NCBI GenBank assembly: GCA_025201805.1 | Contig: MU619264.1 | Coordinates: forward strand, 186,199 to 250,198 | DNA length: 64,000 bases | Source of the DNA: Parasitella parasitica NRRL 2501 | Lineage: Eukaryota; Fungi; Mucoromycota | Direction of reading: 5' to 3' | Shown here: one piece after another, positions 1-11,412 of the stretch | How the letters are laid out: each line of letters starts with the position of its first letter | Position numbering within the stretch: the stretch's first letter is position 1 | The notes under the pieces: generated by a model | Database searches by the model: none | What the model was told of the DNA's origin: nothing | The model's input: the letters and a program-made list of their open reading frames with translations, nothing else | Made by a program: the position numbers and the translations under genes

Positions 1-1534
1 AAAGATGTCTCTGCGTTGCTGTGTGATGGACTCTAACTCATTATCTAAAACTGCTTCCAAGTCATCAAAGTAATTCATCTTTAGCTCCAATTTCTTGACC
101 TCCGTATCGACTACTGAATGCACAAGGCGGCGGATCTCGCGCTCTTCAATATTTGACAGAGATTTAGCCTTGGCAGCAGCAGAGCCTAATGCGACAGAGG
201 CTGCTTTTTCAATGGCTGTGCGAGGCTTCTTTACTTCCTTATCGACCTCCATATCATCAACATCTGGCTCACATTGGCCTCTCTTTTTTGCTTGTTGCTG
301 TTCCTGACAGACAATTGCAGCATCTGCAGCAGCAGACGCTACTTTGGGATCGACAGCAGAGGCCAAGAAGGTTAAAATCGACATGACAGGGTTGTCCGCT
401 TGGGAAAAAGGTGTGCGCTTGTGTTGCAATACTGAATGGTGCTCGTCTTGGTCGCGGTAAGGTTCGTCAATTGGCATCTGCAAAAAGTGGCATATGCATT
501 GTTCTCGAGTTTTGGTGCCAACGTATTCTGCAATTGTGTTCCAGTCGTCGTCGTACAGCTCGATAGCTTCCAGCAACAATAATGTTTCTTCGTCAGACCA
601 CGCTGCTTTGTCCTCGCTGCCGTGTTTGTAAGCATCTAATTCGTATTTAATAAAGTCGCTGCTGAAACTCGTAATGGGAAAGCGTCCATCCTTGTAACAA
701 AGACGACAAAGGTCCATATTTTTGGTTTTTAGACTATGGTAGCGCTCGCGAGAACAGTCGGCTCCACAGGTGTTGCAGTGGTATTGTCTAGTGTCTTTAC
801 CAGAATTGGATTCAAACACTTTCTGCCGTAATTCGACGTTCATTGTGGATGGTTTAGGTGCGTTGGCGGCTGCTACGCTTGGCTTGATGTTTGGCTTGAA
901 AGGCGCAAGGCCGCGGGGTGTGTCTGCTGTTACTCTAAAATGTCCTGTGAATGGAGGGCCTACAGAGGAAGGCCATGTTGAAGGATCGCACTGTTATATA
1001 GATTTGTATCAATGAACGCTGATGCTTTTCACTGTTGTGTTGACTACAAACCTCAAAATTGATTAATCCCCATTGTTCCAAGAACGCGTGCACTCTCATA
1101 ATCGCACACACATCACCGGCCAAGTTGCGTCTACAAGCAGTGACAGCTAGATATTCTTTAGGGTTAAGGCGATAAGTGTTAATCATGAAATCACGATAAT
1201 CCTGGTAAATCAAGGGCGTCTTAGAGAGGTTATTATTGGTAAAGAATTCTGGTAGAGAAACGCGTTCAATGTTGTGAATCGAGTTGATGTCGAACCAAGA
1301 GGTGTAGTGTGGAATATTGACAGGCTGTGTTTGGTCAGCAAGGTATTTACGAGCTTCTTCTAGTTCAATGTTGGCGCGAGGAGAAATTTGGTCTTGTTCT
1401 GATTTCTTGGCTTCAGGCTGCTCATTCTTTACGGCGCCTTGTTGGGCCAACGGATTTTGCTGGTCGTTGGTGTTTGCAGGAGGCGATGATGGAGTAGTGT
1501 CCATAGGAGACGTCTTTGAGATTGGCTCTTCCAT
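1..1534 (-). CDS. RSC8: SWI/SNF-RSC chromatin remodelling subunit Rsc8/Swi3/SMARCC (SWIRM, ZZ finger, SANT); runs off the window's left end
   Basis: SWIRM motif [17 protein letters not shown]...[48 protein letters not shown]. After a GT-AG intron (1051..991) it reads [28 protein letters not shown]. Confidence 0.93.
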
Positions 1535-2933
1535 TCTTCTTTTTCACGATTGTTTCCAAGGTATGAAAAAACACTTTTTTTTTTTTTTTCTCATTTGGAT
1601 GCGTTTGGGCTGATTGTAAAGTGACGTAGAAATAAGTGGCACAATGATCACCCAGGAGAAATCGAGGATCTCACTTCTTTGGAGACCTGGCAGAAAGCAC
1701 TTTTACAACATGTGTAAGCAATTTTCCTTGCATGCAATGTTAATACATCCAATACATACAAGAAAATGCAATGAAATATTGACATTCACAAGCGTCAACG
1801 CCCTTAGATGTCGTCGTTTTCCCACCATCTTCCTGAAGGCGAGTACTGCATATTCTTTTATGCGTACCACTTTGAATGTATTCTACAAGACATCCTCAAA
1901 TCAAGTGATAACGAGGCCGACAACATTGCAAACGAATGTAAGCATCCACCCATGGGCTAGGTTGAAAAAGGCAAGATACAACCAGGCCCAAAAGAAGTTC
2001 AGAGATACATGCCTAGTAGAGAGTTGGACCCTCCTCGTCGCCCGCCTGCCTGCCCCTCAAACGAACGCAGCAGTAGTATGAAAATAATAAGCAGACTCCA
2101 AGGTAGTAAAAAAGGTCCAAGAGTTATCAGAGTTGGTAGATGACATTTTTGACATTTAATGCTCAGTCCGTTTATACAAGCAAAACCTATACGTATCAAC
2201 TCATTTCTCCTCTCAAAGAATTGTTTTGCTGAAGATGGGATTCAAACCTGTTGCCTTTGAGACACTGACAACCATGTGACTCAAAAAAGGACACGATGGA
2301 CTTAAAGCGGATGAAATCATGCTTCGAAAGGTCAAGCATTGTTGTACTTGATTTAAAAAGCCTCGTGGGATGATTTTAGGAGAAATGATACATATGTCTT
2401 TATCCACATTACAGCGGTGGAAATGCCGGGTTGGACAATCACTCCACATTAATTCACCACAACAGGAGTCATATTTTTTATATGGTGAAAATGAGCTCTT
2501 GTTGCTAAAAATACCCCTAGAGTAAAAATAACTGTTGTGTATTTAAAGAAAAAAAAAACGATTTGCATTCACTGTGCAAATGATTATATTCAATTTAGGG
2601 CTATATGCTGTGGAAAAAGAAAAGCACCACCCAGCAGCAATAGCAGCAGTAGCTTATTTGTCATTTTGTACATGTACATTGTATTATCACATATCTTGTG
2701 ATGAATAAAAGAGAGACATACGTTCTGGTAACACAAATAGAATCAAAGTCGAGATTTATTCTTGGCTTCTTTTTTAAGAAATCGAGGGCTTAAGATTTGG
2801 GAATCTAGACAGACCCGACAATCAAGATTTTCCCTGAAAAAAAAACATATAAAAGGAAAGGCAAATTCCAAGAGTTGTGTTTTGGTTTCTTATTTAATTT
2901 TTACACTACCAAACACAAGCAATATTAGCAAAA

Positions 2934-3113
2934 ATGTTCGTTTTCTTCAGTAATCAAAAGCGCAACGTAGAAACTACATCAAAGACGACACCGTCAGACA
3001 CTGGAAATCGCTCTAAAGAAACAGAAATAAAGCCTAATCAGACCAGTAATTTATCATTCACAAATACCTATGTTTCTTTCCCAAGTTTGGATCCACCTCC
3101 AAAAGACAATTGA
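2934..3113 (+). CDS. Small 59-aa hypothetical protein (MFVFFSNQKR...NTYVSFPSLDPPPKDN), below the ORF-track cutoff
   Basis: AAAATG start context, TATAAAA at about 2848-2854, uninterrupted frame to TGA at 3111-3113, AT-rich 3' flank. Confidence 0.5.
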   Translation: MFVFFSNQKRNVETTSKTTPSDTGNRSKETEIKPNQTSNLSFTNTYVSFPSLDPPPKDN

Positions 3114-3737
3114 CTGGTCTGGCTCTAATTAAGCACCATATACCTTTTTTTACTTGCATTTATTATCTTTAAGCTAAATCAAACAATCACATATGTACAA
3201 AACTATATTCACCTTCCCCTTACAATCCTTTCCGTATTGACAACAACTTTTCTTATGGCAGTTTATTTTATCCTTATTTATGTCTACATATACCTGAAAT
3301 CTACTAATAAAAAATTATGTGTAAACAACACAAAACGCACTGGCATTATTTACAATGTGATACAATACAATAGGCTGACTTCACGACAATTCTTTCAATA
3401 GATGAAAGTTCCCCTGCGACGACAACATTGAATCATTCGCTAAAAAGGGAAAATATACATGTAATCAGGGCACTCGCTTCACGTTGCAAATGACGACAAG
3501 ACTGTAAAATGTCCAAAATCAAAATACAGTAGTTTGTTACATATTTAGAAACTACGGTAATTTGAATATCCTTTTTGTTATCATCGAATTAGAACTGGAT
3601 AAGACAAAACATGACAATGAATAAATTCGAGGGTTAGCTAAGATAGCAGCTGTTCAAGTTTTCTTTTTTTTCCTTTTTTTTTTTTTTTTTCATTCTACAA
3701 ACCTATTATATACATTGCATATGATTATCAAATCATC

Positions 3738-4079
3738 ATGTCAATAACAACATCAACAAAGAATGCACAATCCCTGGAGACCAAGTTTTCAGATATGAGC
3801 CTGAAAAACAACGATTACAATGATCAGCCATTACGACGTTCAACCTACAATATTCTTGAAGCTTACGATAATAATATACCCCCAAACTCAAACTTGATGG
3901 ACTCTTATTCAATCCATCCGCTTGAAAAAGTGTCTGATGGCTACTTTATGGATCTAGCTACTATTTCATTTAAACAAGAACCTCAAGGAGGTTTGAATAC
4001 TATGATGGAAGATCTTAGTTTATCTCCAAATGATAGCAATGCTACGCAGCTGCGAAGATCGATGCCATATTATGTCTGA
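3738..4079 (+). CDS. Hypothetical 113-aa protein
   Basis: Single-exon ORF preceded by a poly-T tract and an ATCATG start. Composition is protein-like, with two LRRS motifs. Confidence 0.55.
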   Translation: MSITTSTKNAQSLETKFSDMSLKNNDYNDQPLRRSTYNILEAYDNNIPPNSNLMDSYSIHPLEKVSDGYFMDLATISFKQEPQGGLNTMMEDLSLSPNDSNATQLRRSMPYYV

Positions 4080-5539
4080 AAGCAATAGCAAATTGACTTG
4101 TGTAGTATATGTAGAGTTTAATTTCTAAATAATAATAAATGAAACCCGGAAATGGTACCATTTCGTAATACTATACAACTTCAATCATGGCTGGCAAATA
4201 TCTATATTGTTGAAACATTACAGCTCGATATGCCATTCTTCTTTATTCTGTGCAAAATTAAAGCATGCTATATATCAAGACAAGCAGTTCACAATATATC
4301 CCATGCTCCTTGTACAAGAGCTTCATTATAGCCAATTTATTTAGTTTCGGCTCTATGATATGAGTGGGTAGGATTAATTACAAAACATAGGCGATGAGCC
4401 AACGCTAACAGAGGACCAATCACCAATTGAGATTTGGCACTAAACTCTTCAAATGAGATGTAGTATGTGTTGAGAAAAGGTACCTCTGAGTTTGAATTAT
4501 ATTACCTGCTTTGATCTTCCTTCTCCATACCCATTTTTTTGACATCTCAAAATTGTTTTATAGACGCTACACAACAGTTCATTAAGTTAACCTTATTTAC
4601 ACCTCAAAGTTCACTAGTGCAGAATTGAATGACAAATCTTTTGGTTTCACTTTAGAATTGATTCTTAAAGGATCCACGGAGTAAAATCCAAAAAACCTTT
4701 AAATGGTTTTTCGGCCAAAAGTATAATTATATTGCAGTAAATATTTTATCTAATAATTTCACATTTACAAACGCATTTCCACAATTATTTTGAGCTTATA
4801 AATACCATAATGAAAAATCTCGTTTTGGGGGTGAAAAATTGAGATTTGTGAAATCGTTGCCTCGAGCCTTACAGACCCTCATGAAAAATCTTGGTTTTGG
4901 GCGGCTTTTACACCAGACAAAAGGATCACTGGAAAATGCTTAATAAGCTATTTTCGAGTCATAGAAGTCGATTCTGCGTGTTTTCAGGGCGAAAAATCGC
5001 TTTGTTCGTGAGATACAGCTGATTAAAGATTGCAATTTGTTGTGCATTAACAGCTTGGAAATTGAGTAACTCGATAAATCACGTATTAGCCTTGGGATTT
5101 TTAGATTGTAAATCATTCAAGGGATTGACAATTTTGTATAGAATTCACATGTTACTGTAATGCTGATGGGCAATGTTGTAAGCACACCCTTTTAGATCAT
5201 GCATTCTATAAGTTTAATGCATTAGTATTACTATTAGGGTGAAAAATTACACATACTTGCTGTACCTGCAAGTGTCTGCCACTTTGGTCATTTACTACAC
5301 ATCATATGGTTATGTAAACACCTCCGAAATGAATGTTTTCTGCTTTTCATGAGATACCAAATGCTTTTAATCACATGGAAAAATATCTACTGCTGTAATT
5401 TCTGACTTGAACAAAAGAATACAGCAAAACCAAACATTAAAACTCTTTGATCTGTGAAGCCTCTTGCTACTGCCTCTTTGCTACTGCCTTGTTTCTGCTA
5501 TCATGTATGGAGTTTCAAAGCCATCCACACAAATTATCG

Positions 5540-5551
5540 TGAAAAACTTTT
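5540..5551 (+). promoter_or_regulatory. RRPE-like element upstream of NCL1
   Basis: TGAAAAACTTTT, close to the yeast RRPE consensus TGAAAAATTTT, about 50 bp before the ATG of an RNA-modification gene. Confidence 0.3.
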
Positions 5552-5599
5552 TTTTTTCTCCATCTTCTTTTATATTTGACGTTTTTCCAAAATTTTGAA

Positions 5600-8186
5600 A
5601 TGGGATTCGGTAGAAAGAAGCGTGGAAACAACAAGAAGGTAATTGGGAAAAGCCGATTTATAGGTAGACAAAACTGATTCCGTAATAGAACGTCGAGACG
5701 AATTCTGCTTCTGCTCCTGACGGTTCCGAGAAGATCCAAAAATTCTTTGATGAACGCAAGCCATATGCCGTTATCGAAAGAGACAATGAGAACTTTAAAA
5801 AGTATTACAAGGTAATGAAAATGCTTCAATGTGCTGCTGTGAAATCTATGGGACTAAACTACCCTCCTAGGCGCAAAATCTTATGTCTGAACAAGAATTT
5901 GACGAATTTTATAATCATCTCAAGATCATTTTACCTAGTACTTTCCGTATCACTGGTAGTAGAGCGTAAGTTGTGTGTGTGTGTGTGTGTAGATTTACCA
6001 TTTGAATACGGGTTTCAGTTTTAATGTATCTCTATAGTGCTGCTATGGAGATTTTGAATGTTGTTGAAAAGACCTATGTCCCCAACATGCAAGATGTTGT
6101 TATTGATGGTGTCAAAATTGAACCTCCCAAATCACTGCCTTGGTATCCCGACAACCTAGGCTGGCAAGTCAATGCTCCCAGGCTTGTGATCAAGAAATCA
6201 CCTGAATTTCAAAAGTTCCATAGGTTCATGGTAACAGAAACAGAAGCTGTAAGTATTGGGCTCATTAATTGTCTCTCATGAGATGCTGATCGTATGTGTG
6301 TGATGGAATGATAGGGTAATATTAGCAGACAAGAAGCTGTCAGTATGGTTCCTCCTCTTCTGATGGACATTAAGCCTCATCAATGGGTTCTTGACATGTG
6401 TGCTGCACCAGGCTCAAAAACAGCGCAAATCATTGAAGCAGTTCACTCTAATGATAAACTGAATGAAATGCCTGGTAAGTGTCTTTTTTCCGTACATTTA
6501 TTTCAATGTATAGAAATTTCGACTGACATACGTGTATACATAGCCGGTCTTGTTGTTGCCAATGATGCAGATTATAAGCGTAGCCATATGTTGGTACATC
6601 AATCCAAGAGATTACAATCACCTTGTTTTATGGCTACAAACCATGATGGTGCACACTTCCCCAACATCCATGTGCCTTCTGAGGATGGTAGTCCTTGCCC
6701 TGCTGGCTGGCAGTTTGATAGAGTGCTTTGTGATGTTCCTTGCAGTGGCGATGGTACTATTCGCAAGAACGAAAAGATTTGGGAAAACTGGAGCCCTGTC
6801 AATGGCCTTTCTCTCCATAGCACTCAAGTTCAAATTTTTGCTAGAGGCTGTCAGCTGGTCAAACTTGGTGGCCGTATTGTCTACTCTACTTGCTCGTTCA
6901 ATCCCATTGAAAATGAGGCTGTTGTTGCGGAAGTGCTTCGTCAAACCAAGGGCGCTATCCGCCTTGTAGATGTTTCTGCATCTCTGCCTGAATTGAAACG
7001 TAAGCCCGGCTTGAGCACCTGGAAGGTGACCACCAAAGAAGGTGAATTTATCGAGTCTGTGGACGATATCAAGGACATGAGACAGCGCAAGAAACACACT
7101 TCTAGCACATTCCCTCCAACTACTGAAGAGGCCAAGAAGATGAATCTGGAGAGATGTCTTCGTATTTACCCCCATCAACAAAACACTGGTGGCTTCTTTG
7201 TTGCTGTATTCGAAAAAATCAAACCACTGACAGCTGCTGATCGTGTCACACTTGCTAGACAAAAGGGCGTTAAGATTCAGGAAGCCGATATTGAGGAAGC
7301 TAAAAAGGAAATGGACATCAGCGCCAAGGAGATCATCCCTACCAAGCGTGCCAGTTTGGATGAAGCCGCTGACCAAGAAGAGAATGCCGCTTCTACCAAA
7401 AAGATCAAGAGAGATACTGATGCTGCTGAAAAGGAGGAAGGGGAGGTGAAGCTTTACGAAGGCAAGCCCAAAAGAGACGTTCCCGGTATCAAAGAAGCAC
7501 CATTTGAGATGATGGCTGCAGACTCACCTGATCTCAAGGAGATTACAGAGTTCTACGGTCTTGATCCCAACTTTCCTCGCGATCAGTTCTTGCTGCGTTC
7601 CGATGGCAACGCCAAAGGTCGTAGTCTTTATTTTGTATCTAGCTCCATCAAGCGAGTTTTGGAGTCCAAAGATTTCTCTCGTCTTCAAACTGTAAATACT
7701 GGCGTTCGCTTGTTCGTTCGTCAATCGTCACCTGTTGAAAACGGCTCTCCTTTCCGCCTGACATCGGAGGGTATGTCTATCTTGGACGCTGTCGTGAGCG
7801 ATAAACGTCGCCTCAGTGTAGATATGGAGGTGCTCAAGGTCTTATTAGCAGAAGCTTTCCCAACTTTGGAGCAATTCCCTGAAAATTTGAGAGAAAAGGT
7901 GCGCGCCATGGAATCTGGTTGTTGTATTGTGCACGTCGAAGATAGTCAAGAAGAGGTCAGAAATCTAACTGCTTCTCTTATTTTGCCTGTTTGGAAAGGC
8001 AAAAACTCGCTCAACGTTTTGCTTAACAAGACAGACAAGAAAGCTTTGTGCCAACGGATCTTTGGTATCATACCCGAATCAACACCTGAGCATCTTTTAC
8101 AAAGGTCTACTGTACGTCAGGTTCTTAAAAACGAGCAAGATGCTGCTGCCGCCGCAGATAACGATGAGATTACCAAAGAAACTTAA
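5600..8186 (+). CDS. NCL1: Multisite tRNA (cytosine-C5) methyltransferase NCL1/TRM4 (NSUN2 ortholog), multi-exon
   Basis: Exons join as MGFGRKKR..NENFKKYYK|AQNL..LPSTFRITGSR. Motifs RQEAVSMVPP, VLDMCAAPGSKT, FDRVLCDVPCSGDGTIRKN, YSTCSFNPIENEAVV and RIYPHQQNTGGFF are present. Confidence 0.96.
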
Positions 8187-8423
8187 TAACATTTTAGCTA
8201 TTGCATCCAAACAACATATATTCTGTATAATAAAAAAAAATTATATTTACATTCTAACGCACATTACTGCGTAATTTATGCATTTTTTCATGGCTACTAA
8301 GGGTCAGTTTAATGTTTAATTCTGTAATGTTACATACGCGTTGTATACATGTATAGCAGTAAATATTTGCCAATGTGAAGCACATGTTTATTTAAAAGAA
8401 ATACGATATATAATATTAATACT

Positions 8424-9781
8424 TCAAGTCGATGCGGTGGAGTAGTCTTCTGCATCTCTCGCAACAGCACCTGTCTCAAACCTTCGAGGAGGAGATCCTA
8501 CTAAAGTTGCTGCTAGTCCACCGTCTGACGATGATATTTGACGTTGAAAGAATAAGGAGGGTCGTATTAATGGCGATGATGAAGAATGTGCGGAATTCTT
8601 GGTTTTTGTTAGATGTAATCATTATACATTTAAAGCGTGTCTATATTACAATACCTCTAGATTATCTTCATCTAATATCGTCTTTTCACGATTGTGGTGA
8701 TGTGATGTGTCTTGATCATCCTGTATCTCCTCCTCTTCTTCTTCAGACGTGGTTGTAGTGGTTGTCGTTGTTGGTACATTGGATAAACCAAGCATTTGTA
8801 AAACTTCATTTTCCTCTACAGCAACGCTTGCTTCTAAATTCGAATATGTTCTGCACAATGGACATGAAAAGCCGGGATAGTTTTGCGTCAATAATGGACG
8901 CAGACATCTGTAATGGTATATATGCGAGCACGGTGCGATGAACAGTGCTTGAATTGGCGCGATGCAGTATAAACAAATGCAGCATTCCTGGATTTCTTCT
9001 GCAGATGTAGATGGCGTCTTTGTAATTTTGATTTGATTTTTTAATTGTTGAAATGCGGCTAAATTGTAGGTATTTGATGATGCTTCTTGCCACTCCCGGC
9101 GGTTCACTTCCAAACGCATCCTAACAGCCCGGTACATGGGTTCCAGGCCACCTTTATAATCCACACCTAGCTGAATCAAATCACCATCAACCACCTGCTG
9201 TGGTGTAGCGCTTTCTGTATTGGCTGCTGCAAGTCGTATGTGATTCACAAACGTACCGCTTGAGGAACCAGAGTCCTTGATATAGATCTGTGCTTTCTCT
9301 CTCAAGTTAATTTCGGCACATGCATACATAAACTATTATTAAATACCTTGTCATCTTCGTCAGATAGCCATATCTCTGCATGATATCTACTAACCACTTT
9401 ACTTTTAAATGATAACCGGTCCGAAACAACAGTTCGGTCTGAATAACGGCCTAATTTGAGAACGGAACCTCCGCCTTCAAGCTCACGATCAACCACATCA
9501 AACACAAAGCATCGATTGGTCATGCCAACATTCGGTACAAGTCTAATATGAACTTTTTTATGCTCAATTGCAGGTATTGCTATCGGTGGTGTTGTCGATA
9601 AGGTAGACGAGGCGGTTGTAGGTCGTCTCAGGCTATTGAATCGCCTTCCAAGCTCAGATGTTGCATGAATGGATGATGAAGATGGTAAATGTAAACTTCG
9701 AAGTCTTCTCGCTGTGCGAGGTAAAGGCATATTAGCGATGGCAGTAGCAGCTGCTGTGATTGATGATTCTGTATTATCCAT
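8424..9781 (-). CDS. DMA1: FHA + RING-H2 E3 ubiquitin ligase (Dma1/Dma2-like), 3 exons
   Basis: FHA: LGRYSD..FKSKVVSRYHAEIW..IYIKDSGSSSGTFVNHIRL..GDLIQLGVDYKGG. RING: CCICLYCIAPIQALFIAPCSHIYHYRC..CPLCR. A terminal exon after an intron at about 8654..8598 ends at TGA 8424. Confidence 0.88.
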
Positions 9782-10002
9782 ATCTAAGATGCCTTAAAGC
9801 AGCACAAATTTATAGTAAAAAGAAGAATGAAAAAGAAAAGAAAGAAATTCAAGGGATTTTATATATGTACAGTGTATGTATGTAACAGGCAGCCCTTCTT
9901 GTTCAATGATGTCTCCTTTTTTTTTATTCTTATTATACGTGATTCTCTTGTATGAAATATATTGCTAGTCAAGAATCTAATCCAAACTGGTTGATAAAGC
10001 TG

Positions 10003-11162
10003 TTAAAAACCGTATTTTTTGGCTGCTTCTCGTCGAGTCTTTTTATTCGCTGCAAACATTTCATCCATTTTCTCTTGATTGTTGACAGCATGAGCAGCTA
10101 ATGCCATGATGTTGTTCTTTTTCATTTGTAGTTTGCTAGCCTGCATCTGCGCATATATATATATATATATATTTACAGATAATATGGGAATTAGCAACAT
10201 TTACGACTGATTTGATTTTCAACCTACTGTAACACCATTATTAAATTTAGGCGCGGCGATCAATGCTTGTGCTTGTCTCCATTCTTCAGATAGTAGCATG
10301 TCACTTTGATTCACATCTTTGATTTGAATATTACCTTCTCCTCGACCTCTTTTGCCAACCAATTGTTCTAACTGATGCATCCCTTGTGTATTAGTACATT
10401 GCATTGAAATTAACAAGGCATTCAACCTACATCGGAGTCATCCTGTAGACTGTCAACATGGCTGGCTTCTTTATGTTGATAATACACAGATGCATCTGTT
10501 GAGTACATGGCATTGGGATCATAAGCATACATGTCAACTGCTGATATATGTGTTTCTTGTTGCTCTGGTTCTACTGATGGAGTTTCTACCGAATATAATG
10601 GGCCAGTAGCAGTTAAAATCGATTTTGCTGGTGGTTGAATCCTGGATTCTTGTTCTTTTAAATCTTTTCCAATGCGGAAAAATGATCCCGTAAATTTCTT
10701 GGTTGGTATCGCTTCTTCTTGTTCATCCTCATCCAAATCTTCTTCCGTTTCATCTACCTCTTTCTTCTCTTCTTCCTTGTCTTTTTCAGCTACTTTGGTG
10801 GGGTTTGCTTCGACATCCTGTTCTTGAGAGCTCACCTTTTCCTTACCCTTCAATTTCTTGGATAACGCATGAGGAGTAAATGCTTTATCTGTTGTTGCCA
10901 TGGATACAGAAACTACTTTGCGATTTTTGGGAGCAGGTAATAAATCTGCAAGACCTAATCCTACGGTGGTCTTTGGGCGTTTTCGTTCTTGCTCTCGCTC
11001 TAAATCATCTTGCTCATCATCTTCTAATCTTGGAAGTGCAATAGAAACAGTCTTCTTGGGTGATGGTAATAATGAAGATAGTGATCGCTTTGTTTGCTGT
11101 GGTTGTTCATGATCTGAATCTTCAGACTCGGAGCTGCTACCGTAATTTGGTACTAAAGACAT
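10003..11162 (-). CDS. PRCC: PRCC-family protein (MAD2B-interacting, spliceosome-associated), 3 exons
   Basis: Starts MSLVPNYGSSSESE, contains LLPAPK motifs, and ends KKNNIMALAAHA...KKTRREAAKKYGF, typical of the PRCC C-terminus. Confidence 0.85.
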
Positions 11163-11412
11163 TTGATGAAAAGACGCTCTCCTGTATATGCATTTCAAAA
11201 TGTTGCTTTGTTTATCAAGAGGAGACTATATCAGTGACGATTTTCAGTCACATCGTTGGAAGAAGACGAAGAAAAAAAAAAAAAGAAAAAGGTTTTCTGA
11301 AATGACAGGACCAGATAGACCTTTGTTCTCAAACTATACATCATACAACTTGATATTTATTCTTCACAAAAGAAACTGAAATCTCGACTAAATTTTGAAT
11401 ACTCAAAAATCA

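Noticed and set aside
1644-2460. 145-aa ORF and neighbouring stop-interrupted frames (e.g. KIQPGPKEV) that could be a decayed gene or transposase
   Set aside because: No recognisable motif set. The single PGPKE-like word is not enough to name a family.
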